Positions 35,361 to 45,024 of a stretch of DNA of 64,000 nt are shown here, in pieces. Each line of letters starts with the position of its first letter. Position 1 is the stretch's first letter. The stretch comes from Epithemia pelagica (lineage: Eukaryota > Protista > Bacillariophyta): positions 1,798,001-1,862,000 of the forward strand of contig OX337229.1 in NCBI GenBank assembly GCA_946965045.2, written 5' to 3'. A program made the position numbers and the translations under genes. The notes under the pieces are model-generated. The model saw only the letters and a program-made list of their open reading frames with translations, was not told where the DNA came from and did not search any database.

Positions 35361-36031
35361 ATGGGATCAGAGCTCACAATCCAGTTGGGGCTGCGCAACG
35401 TGACAATCAGCCACCATGAGGACTGGAAGCATCTATGTGAGACGTTATCTACGCTCCGTCTCCGTTACATGAGTTTGTGCTCGCCCGTGCGCTTTTACAT
35501 GGTGCTGTCACAATGGAAGACCTTGTCTTTGAGTGGGTGTCTCCTCGGTTATTAAAGTTCCGCGTTGCATGGCCAGAATTCTTTCTCTACGCAGAACAGA
35601 TGGCTGAACTCTGCATGGACGGGTGTGACAATATAATTTTCCCTGCTAATCATCCCCTCACATTGAACACTGCCAAACGCAACATGGAGATGGTCGATTC
35701 TGATGGCAAGAAGTGGGACGATGGCTACTTGACTTTCGAGCAAGATATGCTCACATCAAACCCAATCATAGAATTGGTCGACGTCGAAGTCAGTGCAACC
35801 AAGAAGCATGTGAACGTGCTTCAGGTTTACGCACAGTAAGTTCTTTTGTTCTTAAACTTGTTCTTTATTGTGCTGGATTCTAATTGTGTTCCCACTTCAC
35901 ACAGAGTTGCTCCTACTGAGGAAGCAGCTGTCCTATCCAAGGTGAAGGTTTTTCGTAGCGCCACCATTGGCCGAGAGAAGAAAAACAAACGGGGTGGAGA
36001 TCCAAATCTGGATCCCAATGGGGATTTGTAG
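35361..36031 (+). pseudogene. transposon-associated partner gene, 5'-truncated, frameshifted near 35440, with one intron near 35837-35903
   Basis: ELTIQLGLRNVTISHHEDWKHLCE / DVIYAPSPLHEFVLARALLHG...RVAWPEFF; convergent with the adjacent transposase. Confidence 0.5.
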
Positions 36032-36139
36032 TACAGAAATTGCGAACAACCCAGTGATAACAGAGCTACTATCCATGATTCTATTTGCTGATTATCACTT
36101 GAGTAAGATATTAGTTCTATAGTAGCAACTCTTTATAAC

Positions 36140-37030
36140 TTACATGTAATTCAGATCATAGGGTGTGTTGTACAAGCTTTCTCCATTTTCGAACTTCAAT
36201 TGAGTCACCACCACAATGGCTTCAACACACTTCCGATGCTTCTCCTTAACCTTATTCCTTGGGTTCATGTGATGGAAGGGGATGTTGAGAATGTCAAATA
36301 TCTTCAATCTGCTGTTGACGTTCTCATGACGTGCACGCACAACAGATTTCTTTTTGCGTCCGTCCCTGCTTGTGGCGCATGTAGGAGTCTTAAATTTGTT
36401 GTGTCCTTTGTATCCGCCGTCCACTTCTACTCCTTCATCGTCAGCTAGGAGAGTTAGAAGCCCTTCAATACAAATTGTTGCATCATTCTTGCTGGCTTCA
36501 AATGGACCGTTCATCCAAACAATGTAGCCCGTTTTTATGCAGACAGCAATCTCATATTTTACTCCGGGCCCATTGAATTTCTGTGAATACCACTTTTCAT
36601 CAAATGGCCAAGGCTCATTGATCATGCAATCAAAGCGGTCAACGGAAACAAGGCAGCTTGTTTTCTTTGTAGGATCGTAATCCTGAAATCGTTTGTCAAG
36701 TTTGATCACATCATCTTTTAATTTGGCAATCCGGTCAATAAAATACCACGACCATTTTCGAAAGGTATTAGCCGATGGCCATCCACAAATGCGTTGGAGA
36801 ACTGGTGTTGTGCTGTAGTTCTTCAAAAACACTAGGGCCCAAAGCAAGTGATGTGGCTCAGCACCCTTGGGAAGTGAATCCTTTGAAACAATCTTGTTCC
36901 AAAGCAACACGATGTGCCTAATGGGTGCACCAAAGAAGCTCCGAAAGACTTTATCTTCGTCCTTAGCAATGTTATGCATGCCAAGCATGGCACGGGCCAA
37001 ATCTTCATATGTTTTGGTGTCCATTTCCAT
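36140..37030 (-). CDS. second PIF/Harbinger/ISL2EU-type DDE transposase (~296 aa)
   Basis: HHLLWALVFLKNY...TFRKWSW; VSVDRFDC, VEVDGGY, RARHENVNSRLK; likely start MEMDTKTY at 37030. Confidence 0.85.
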   Translation of the reverse strand: MEMDTKTYEDLARAMLGMHNIAKDEDKVFRSFFGAPIRHIVLLWNKIVSKDSLPKGAEPHHLLWALVFLKNYSTTPVLQRICGWPSANTFRKWSWYFIDRIAKLKDDVIKLDKRFQDYDPTKKTSCLVSVDRFDCMINEPWPFDEKWYSQKFNGPGVKYEIAVCIKTGYIVWMNGPFEASKNDATICIEGLLTLLADDEGVEVDGGYKGHNKFKTPTCATSRDGRKKKSVVRARHENVNSRLKIFDILNIPFHHMNPRNKVKEKHRKCVEAIVVVTQLKFENGESLYNTPYDLNYM

Positions 37031-37070
37031 GTTGGGTTGTCTGCAATTCGTGGAGCCGTCGCGATTCGTG

Positions 37071-37177
37071 GACAGATCGCGAAACCCGTGCACGAATCGC
37101 GAATTCGCGATTTTCGCGCACGGATTTCGCGATTCGCGAACGAGTTCGCGATTTTCGCACGCGAAGCTCGCGCGCGG
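37071..37177. repeat. cluster of short palindromic TCGCGA-type repeats upstream of the transposase
   Basis: Repeated TCGCGA/TTCGCG motifs within ~100 bp. Confidence 0.7.
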
Positions 37178-37857
37178 GACTTTGCGTACCGCTCCAGACT
37201 TCCCAGAGGCTTCCATTTTCACAAACGAAAGTGACAAGAAAATCGACACACATCAAGCCACATCACCTCTGCAAAACCACACCTCTAACTCAAACAAATA
37301 AGTTTTCTGTGACCATGAGGGAATTTCATTTACAAACATTCTTAAAGGGCACTCGCAGAATAAGAGAAGGCATTGAAAACAATTAGAAGTGGGGTGTTTA
37401 TGCAACCAACCACAAGTATCGAGCAGAGAAAAATGAATCCGATTCTTTGGTTGGTGGGCGGCTGTGTATGAAGCTTTGAATTGGTTTTCTGGAAATTTTC
37501 ACGTAGATATCTTCTTGGATTTATTCTCAAGATGAGAGGACTCTAGACACTTGTGAGCTTCATGTCGATGAAAGAAGAAGAAAGCGTAACACGGATTGCC
37601 CTTTTTTTATGACAAAAATCCACACTTTTGCATAGTCACTCTCTCTAGATAGCAAGCACCACTACTACGCCAAAATGGCTCAAATCGGATGACTTCTCTT
37701 CATGGTGGTCCTCTCTCTGATCTGATCCAGCAAAAAATGCCCACATCCGGGTTTTTGCCGCTAAAAATACCCCGCCTTGCACACTGCCCTCTCCGTGTTG
37801 TCGACATCGCTACACCTTCCAACAGATCGCCAACCATTACAACTAAACTTCACAGCC

Positions 37858-38952
37858 ATGGATTTGTTTACTCTACTTCTCCTTCTGTCTATTTTAGCTG
37901 CCATAGCGCACGCGATACTTGGAGTCCTCGACTTTATAGGGGGTTGGTATGCTGTCATAGGCTTCTTGTCTGTCTTGATTTTGTTGCAACGGAGGGCTGT
38001 TACGGCTGCGGAGAAAAAAGAGGCAGAGTACAAGGAAGTAACAGAGTGGGTGATTGCAGAGCATAATAAGCTGCACAAAAACAATGACAATAGCACGACA
38101 GATGGTGCCAGGAAGTTTGCCAATTACGCAAGCTTGTTCACTAGAACGGCGTGCTTGGAAGATGCCACAAAATTGGATATGTTGACTCGAAAGAAAGAAA
38201 AGCTGGTATCTCTTAGACCATTCGACCACGAAACCATATCGAAGATTACCAAAGCTCTTGGGGAGGACATGACCTTCAACTCTAATGCTATCGAGGGGAA
38301 TAAAATCACAGCCCGGGAAACAACGATTATATTGGCGGGGCTTGTGATGCCGCGCTTCCGACAGCAGGTTACACAAGCAGAATTCCAGCAAATAATTGGC
38401 CATGACAAAGCACTGAAGGAAATTGTCCGAATGGTGAACGACAATGAACAGCTCAATATGAAACATCTTTTGACGTTGCACAAAATGGTCCTACATGAAT
38501 CCAGTGGCGGGGGCAAGCTTCGATCAGGCGAAGAACTTGCCCTGATCAACGGAGTGAAAGTGCTGTTGGGCCCACCGCACATCGTAGAGGACTTAGTCAA
38601 GCAGTTCCTCCAGTGGCTTGCAACGAACAACGGCATGCATCCCTTCCTTCTTGCCGTCACATGTCACTCCATCTTTGTTCGTATCCACCCATTTCGAGAC
38701 GGCAACGGAAGGATGGCACGACTCCTCATGAACTTTGTGTTGCTTCAAGCGAAGTACCCATACCTCATTGTGCTCAACAAAAGACGTGGTCAATATTTGG
38801 ACGCTGTTATGCAGTGGCAAAATGGGGACCCTCGGCCGCTCACGAACTTCATGTTCACGATGCTGACTGCGAGCTTCGATAAATACTTCATTGCCATGGG
38901 TGTTACAACCAAGAGCCCTCCCAGCAGCCCCAGCCGTCTCAAGATCGAATAA
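37858..38952 (+). CDS. membrane-anchored Fic-domain protein (FICD/HYPE-like AMPylase)
   Basis: Two N-terminal hydrophobic segments; autoinhibitory SNAIEGN (38281-38301); canonical Fic motif HPFRDGNGRMAR (38686-38721). Confidence 0.9.
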   Translation: MDLFTLLLLLSILAAIAHAILGVLDFIGGWYAVIGFLSVLILLQRRAVTAAEKKEAEYKEVTEWVIAEHNKLHKNNDNSTTDGARKFANYASLFTRTACLEDATKLDMLTRKKEKLVSLRPFDHETISKITKALGEDMTFNSNAIEGNKITARETTIILAGLVMPRFRQQVTQAEFQQIIGHDKALKEIVRMVNDNEQLNMKHLLTLHKMVLHESSGGGKLRSGEELALINGVKVLLGPPHIVEDLVKQFLQWLATNNGMHPFLLAVTCHSIFVRIHPFRDGNGRMARLLMNFVLLQAKYPYLIVLNKRRGQYLDAVMQWQNGDPRPLTNFMFTMLTASFDKYFIAMGVTTKSPPSSPSRLKIE

Positions 38953-39494
38953 GAGGTTTTACCCAATGATTGTACCTATAGTGATGGCCCTGTTGTTAAG
39001 TGGCGGGGGCAAGCTTCGATCAGGCGAAGAACTTGCCCTGATCAACGGAGTGAAAGTGCTGTTGGGCCCACCGCACATCGTAGAGGACTTAGTCAAGCAG
39101 TTCCTCCAGTGGCTTGCAACGAACAACGGCATGCATCCCTTCCTTCTTGCCGTCACATGTCACACCATCTTTGTTCGTATCCACCCATTTCGAGACGGCA
39201 ACGGAAGGATGGCACGACTCCTCATGAACTTTGTGTTGCTTCAAGCGAAGTACCCATACCTCATTGTGCTCAACAAAAGACGTGGTCAATATTTGGACGC
39301 TGTTATGCAGTGGCAAAATGGGGACCCTCGGCCGCTCACGAACTTCATGTTCACGATGCTGACTGCGAGCTTCGATAAATACTTCATTGCCATGGGTGTT
39401 ACAACCAAGAGCCCTCCCAGCAGCCCCAGCCGTCTCAAGATCGAATAAGAGGTTTTACCCAATGATTGTACCTACAGTGATGGCCCTGTTGTTA
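38503..39494 (+). repeat. 496-bp direct tandem duplication of the Fic 3' half + 3' UTR
   Basis: Copies at 38503-38998 and 38999-39494; AG microhomology at the junction; two substitutions seen (CACTCC/CACACC, CCTATA/CCTACA). Confidence 0.95.
38966..39448 (+). CDS. duplication-generated truncated Fic ORF (160 aa)
   Basis: A 3'-UTR ATG (MIVPIVMALLL) reads in frame across the junction into SGGGKLRSGEE...HPFRDGNGRMAR; expression unknown. Confidence 0.4.
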   Translation: MIVPIVMALLLSGGGKLRSGEELALINGVKVLLGPPHIVEDLVKQFLQWLATNNGMHPFLLAVTCHTIFVRIHPFRDGNGRMARLLMNFVLLQAKYPYLIVLNKRRGQYLDAVMQWQNGDPRPLTNFMFTMLTASFDKYFIAMGVTTKSPPSSPSRLKIE

Positions 39495-39624
39495 AGGTTG
39501 CAATTGGTACCCCATTGAATTAAATCTACCATGGTGAAAATAGGAAATCTAAATATTATAAGCTTTACTAGCAGAGCTAGCGCGATCTCCGTCAACAACA
39601 ACCACAATCAAAATATCAAGATTT

Positions 39625-40434
39625 GTGGCTACAGTGCTTCATTGCCATATCATGAGACACCTCGTAGCATCTCTTCTTCATGTCACTTTCGACGACTCCC
39701 TCGCAGTTCCGAACCCAGTAGGTGGCGGCGAGGAGGAAACGAAGAAGAAGAAGAAACAGAGGAAAAAGGCATCTACAGTAGACGTGAAGGATTGCGTTTT
39801 GCGCCTGATCAATCTACGGATCCCCGTGGAGTCCGAACGGATCGGCTTGGATGCCGCCGGCGCTCGCTGTGTCTATCACCTGCTTCGGTTCACCCCGAGA
39901 CTCTGCGAGGATATTCTCAATGCGATTTTGGATTCGTATTCCGCCGATGAGCTTTTAAGGGTCGCTAAGGACGGCTTGGGCAGTCGCTGCGTCATGGATG
40001 GCATCCTCGCCGGCGCAACGAAGACGCCAATGTTTATTTCTGCCGTGAAGGGTCTATTCACCAAGCTCGAGGGTAAGTGGGTTTCCCTGGCGACGGACCG
40101 AGTCGGGCACCATACGGTGAAAAGAATGTTCCATGCGCTTCCCAAAATTGACGATAAGAGCAAGTTGGCCGACGAGTTATCTGCTGGAGGAAATCGCTTG
40201 TCGGGAAACGCCATGGGCAGAAGCATACTGGAGCTATGCACGCTCGATTTGTACAACGACAATTGCAAAGACTGGAGGCAGAAGCTTTCCAAGAGCATGT
40301 CGAAAGAATGTGCCTTCGTACCTCATGCCCCCGTCAAAGCGCCAAGCGCAGATAGCCATAGCAATGCCGGTCCCACGAAAGCCAAAAGGAAACGAAAGCG
40401 CAAGAGGGGTGGCGACAAAGAGGAACTACCCTAA
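39625..40434 (+). pseudogene. NOP9: C-terminal fragment of a NOP9-like Pumilio-repeat nucleolar protein
   Basis: GSRCVMDGIL, WVSLATDRVGHHTVKRMF, LSGNAMGRSIL...WRQ and a basic NLS tail; no room upstream for the N-terminal two-thirds. Confidence 0.6.
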
Positions 40435-40543
40435 AGTTGAAGGCTAACTTAGTCGCGTGCCTTGCTGGTTGCTGGTTGCTGGCCTCGAAGAGACGTCGCA
40501 CGCGACGAAGCAACGAAGGCTCGAGTTTGACGATGATTTTGCC

Positions 40544-42754
40544 ATGATGCCACTCCAAGCTGCGTTGGCCGTCCTCCCTATTATATTTCTGGCGGCCTCG
40601 ACGGCGCGCATTAAGGGAGGGGCCCGTGGACACGCCATTTCGTACAAATCCGAGGTCGTGGGAGCTTCCGGGCGTGTCGGGTCCTTCTTCTTGCTTCACG
40701 CCGACGAGAAAGACGATACATCAGCAGCCGCGGTACCCAGGGGTGTTTCCCCGGGATCCTTCACTCGCCCCGGCTCTCCAATCTACGTCGCGACGCCCAG
40801 CGCGTCTTGGTCTCACATTTGGGACAGCGTCCCCGCCAAACGGCGAGGCGATTGCGTGTTCGTCGGGAACGGTATCCCGCCGACTTTTCTCGGGGACGCG
40901 ACCGTCGTGGTCCCCCACTTTGCGGTCCAGAAAGTTTGCCGGCGAAGACGCGACGGTTTCTCCGCGCCGATCGTCACCAGTCCCTTATCTCCCAAAACCT
41001 TCCTGTACGGGAGGCACGCCGGAAAAGCCGCGCGGATCCTGCAGAGGCACGGAGTCGAGACCGAAATAGTCGATGGCTTTTCGGACATCCGCTCGTTGGC
41101 CGGACGGAAGCTCCTTTGGGCGTCGTGCTTGTGGTTGGCCTGTCATTGGGATACCAGCGTAACGGGGCCTCTGACTGTCGCGCAAGCACACGAACAACGC
41201 CGGGACATGATCGATCGTTTGGTCGGAGAACTATTGCCTGCATTGCAAAGACTAACCGGGACACCGATGAACGCTCTTTCCGTTTCTTCGTACCTGGAAG
41301 CATACTCGCAATCGATACCGCGCACGGTCCCGAGCAAGGCGCTGGCAGTTGCAGAGCTCGAGGAAAGAAATGGCGTTTGGTTACGCCTGGCGACCCAGGA
41401 GTACCCCCAACCATATCACGAGCAACTGATCAGACAAGTGACTGGTACAGAGAAGATTCCGCGAGCTGCCGATGGCGATGGAAAAAGCAAACCAGCGCGA
41501 AGAGACATTCTCGATCTGGATCATGTCCACCTAGTTATTTTGGGGCGTTCGGGGGGCGACGCTCAAATGGCGAAACCAAAGCACGTGTCAATTGTGGGTG
41601 GAGGAATCATCGGAAGTGCGATAGCCTTGTATTTAGCTCAGCGGCATCCCGATGGCACGATCTTGGTCTATGATCACATGCCCTCCAAGGATGACTGCGG
41701 CAAGACAACGCCAGCATCTTGGGCTTGGATCAATGCGAATTCGAAGTTCCCTCTATCGTATCGACTTCTGAATCAGCTTGGCATCCATGCTTGGAAGCAT
41801 GAGCCCCTCCTCTCTTCCTTGCCGGTGTGGATGGGCAGCCTCGTGCGATTCAAGGATTTTCCCGAGTGGACCAACGACGGCGGCTATGCTGTGGAAGGCC
41901 CTCTGTCAAGCGCCAGAATTCTTGAGCTGGAGCCTTTTGCGAATTGGACCCTGAGCAACAAAAGAGTAAATAACAAAGACCGGCAGTCCGAAGATGGCTT
42001 CACCTTTCATTTCCGAGACGAAGCTTGCGTCAACCCTACTGACGCAGTTCGTGTACTCCAACAAGCCGCCGAGGAGCTTGGCGTCCGTTTCCTTAGCGGT
42101 CAAAACGTGACGAGCATAGCCCGCGACCAGCAAACGGGCAAAGTCTCGGGGATTTGATACCAAGAATCGAAAGAAGGAGCGATCAAATACACTGCGACAG
42201 ATTTGGTGATCTCTGCAGCCGGTACGGGGGCGGCTGCTTCTCACTTGGGCGGAGTGCCGTTACTCGATAGGCCGGGCCAAATAGCCTACGCGCACCCCGC
42301 AAAAGAATCAAGTCGGCGGCTGTCAAAAATCTTGGTCGACTCGATGCGATCGAGTCATCTCCTTCAACGTCAGGACGGATCACTTTTGGCGGGTGGCGGC
42401 GTGTTGGAAGTGGGTGGGTCTACAGGAAGCGCCCAGGCGAGGGCAGAGTCTGAATCGGAAATTCCCAGACCGAATGATGTGCTGCTGGAGAGGGCGTCGA
42501 CTTTATCACCATCCATCGTCGGTTCCGCCAGATTCAGTCGCGCTGCCGCCGCGGTCCGTCCGATGCCCATCGATGGGTTACCGGTCGTCGGCTATGTCGA
42601 AGAGGGTCTTTACGTCGCAGTAACCCACTCGGGCATCACGCTTGGCCCACTCCTCGCGTCGCTCGCCGCGGCTGAAATTGTGAATAACTTCGAGTGCGAT
42701 TTGCTTGCGCCGTATCGGCCATCGCGTTTTGGTGAGGGGAGGGCCGAGACGTGA
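40544..42754 (+). pseudogene. two-domain protein: Rossmann-like N-terminal domain + FAD-dependent (DAO-family) oxidoreductase, with one in-frame TGA
   Basis: Signal-like MMPLQAALAVLPIIFLAAS; VVGASGRVG; SIVGGGIIG, TTPASWAWIN, VRPMPIDGLPVVG, THSGITLGP. ORFs 40457-42157 and 42203-42754 are in the same frame across TGA 42155-42157. Confidence 0.8.
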
Positions 42755-43302
42755 GTGTTCGGTGTCCGGGTCAAAACGGGACTAACGTCGCGCGGAATTT
42801 CGCTGGGTTGCGCATTGCGAAAGTGCCCGCGTTCGTCCTGGAAGTTTGAAGCGTCGCATTAAATCTTCAACAAGCACGTTTTTGCAGAATTTTAATTGAT
42901 CTTCTGATCATACGAGTATAAGAGGTATTACTGTGTGATAATGAAAAATGTTATATCATAAGGAGCACTTGGGATCCCATCCATTCCGACAAAACATGCT
43001 TTTCGAGCCGGCCTTTCCCCAATTTTCACCCAAAAGCTATGCTTGCGCTCATACGTAACCCTGACCCCACAGAATTCCGGAATACCGCTTTGATCATTTT
43101 TAATTATTACAGTTTCTGGTAGAACATATCCCATCAATGTCTATTTCTCATACGGTACTTCGCACTCGGAACCAACCATCCGAGGCTTAGACGAATGGAT
43201 GCCAATGGTGGATAATGATTCTTGTTGCAACACGACCATTTCCATGCCTTGACTGAGACTCTTTCCATTCAGCAATCCAACAATAGTTGCTAAACCATGT
43301 AG

Positions 43303-44967
43303 GAGAAAGAAGGACCTGTGTACGTGCCCTTGTTCAACGATGTGTTCCGTATTGGGACCTTCGTGCACGTCAAACTAAAGGACCAAGACAAATGGTCCAC
43401 CACAATTTGCCAACTGAACAAGCACTGGGACGGAAATGTCAAGTTGTCGTTGTTTTACCCTTTGTTTCCGAAAACCAAGCTGAAATGTCACCCGTCCATT
43501 CCAAAGCACGACTTCCTACCTCTCGACAACGAAACAGGCTGTCGTCAGATTGAATTGTACAAGTCTTGGGACGTCATCTCTCGCTACGAAGCCCAGAACG
43601 ACGACATCGCCATTCGCTATCCAACGTTTTGCTTTACTCCCTCCCAACTTGGTTCCCCATCGAATGTCTGGTCTGAAGGGATCAAAAACGTCTATGTCGT
43701 TCGCTACAAGCAAGTGCCGGGAGAGCCTGGAGATGGCGGAAAGCTCGTGGCAGTAGAAGACTCCGAGATTTGTTGCTTCCCCATGGACAATGTTAAACTG
43801 GGCGAAAATCTCATCGCCTCACCAAGATGCTTTCACAAGAATACCTGGCACGGACTGTTTCTGTTGCGCAAGGCTCTTGTGAAGGCACTGAATCGACGAG
43901 GTCGACAAGCTGAGAGATGCGATTCCGAGACTGTTTCAATCGGTAACATCCCGACGGAAACCTTCAACTACATTTATATTCTTTCTAATTCTCACATGAA
44001 GTTTCTCTCTTGTCGTTTTGTCGATGGTTCTGAAAGCTACCAGGACATCGACGACAAGATGACACGTCGCAAGATCAGAATGTCGTTCCAAAACGGAATT
44101 CTCCGTTTCGCAACACAATCGGATCTTAACTTTATTCGCAACATGCTAGGCTTTGCCGCCGTTTATGGTTCAAGCGAAGTTCGTCCTACATTGCAAGATG
44201 GCGACGCCGGAGTGACCCTCAAGAGAGGGCATTTTATGACTGTCATCAAGGGAAGTCAAACAGCCTGTGAATTCAAGCGTCGCTGCTACGAACAGCGAAT
44301 TGATGTGGTTTTTTCGCCATTCCAAGTTCGTGTCACGGCCAACTTCCAACGGTTCCGATATGATCGAAGCAGGAGTGGTCAATTTCGTACCACTCCTCCA
44401 ACTGATCACTTGGATTGTGTTCTCCGAGCGAAGGAATATGATGCTGACGATATCCTGTTCCGTCCTTTTCCTGTTCCAGAAGACGAATGCACGGCTGAGT
44501 CCACTCCTGGAACCAAATCTTCTACCGACTCAAGCGACCCAACGGTATACGAATCTCCTACTACGTCTGGGATTCCTCCATCGAACCTAGCTTTCCAAGA
44601 CGCGACACCCCTTTCCACGGATTCGTCTGATTGTCCAGTCAGTCAAGGTGACGAGTATGAACATGACGGTACGAAATTTGTGGTTTCCATGATTTTTCCC
44701 AAGACGACAACCAAACTCTATGTCTTGCGCCACCAGGAGGAAGGAACAATCTTCACAATGAACGACCCGGCCCGATATGACAAGGAAGGTGGTATAGAAG
44801 GTTTCGAGTACTTGGGTACTCTTCATCCCTCAGATGGATGTCTTGTCGGATGCTCTGTTGTTAGTGGGAAACAATTCAAGGCTTGTGTTTCGTCACACCA
44901 TCAGGACATGGTTTTTCCACAAGATGTATCGTGGGTCGCCTCTCTTGTCAACAACTACAACAAATAA
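43303..44967 (+). CDS. unknown ~550-aa partner protein of the RAG1-like transposase
   Basis: Uninterrupted frame from a probable splice acceptor (TAG|GAG at 43303, so a short upstream exon is likely); stop 57 bp from the transposase stop; no kelch or PHD pattern. Confidence 0.7.
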   Translation, partial: EKEGPVYVPLFNDVFRIGTFVHVKLKDQDKWSTTICQLNKHWDGNVKLSLFYPLFPKTKLKCHPSIPKHDFLPLDNETGCRQIELYKSWDVISRYEAQNDDIAIRYPTFCFTPSQLGSPSNVWSEGIKNVYVVRYKQVPGEPGDGGKLVAVEDSEICCFPMDNVKLGENLIASPRCFHKNTWHGLFLLRKALVKALNRRGRQAERCDSETVSIGNIPTETFNYIYILSNSHMKFLSCRFVDGSESYQDIDDKMTRRKIRMSFQNGILRFATQSDLNFIRNMLGFAAVYGSSEVRPTLQDGDAGVTLKRGHFMTVIKGSQTACEFKRRCYEQRIDVVFSPFQVRVTANFQRFRYDRSRSGQFRTTPPTDHLDCVLRAKEYDADDILFRPFPVPEDECTAESTPGTKSSTDSSDPTVYESPTTSGIPPSNLAFQDATPLSTDSSDCPVSQGDEYEHDGTKFVVSMIFPKTTTKLYVLRHQEEGTIFTMNDPARYDKEGGIEGFEYLGTLHPSDGCLVGCSVVSGKQFKACVSSHHQDMVFPQDVSWVASLVNNYNK

Positions 44968-45024
44968 ATAGCTGCCTGCCTCCTTTCATTGAATCAATAC
45001 GTATTTACTAAGCTTTCTTATCTT

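Noticed and set aside
37031-37249. N-terminal extension of the second transposase ORF
   Set aside because: It is a translation through the TCGCGA repeat region; the conserved protein appears to start at 37030.
42155-42157. Selenocysteine codon
   Set aside because: The position is not a Cys/redox motif of DAO-family enzymes and I saw no convincing SECIS; a nonsense allele is simpler.
43303-44967. Calling the partner ORF RAG2-like
   Set aside because: No kelch-repeat periodicity and no C-terminal PHD cysteine pattern.
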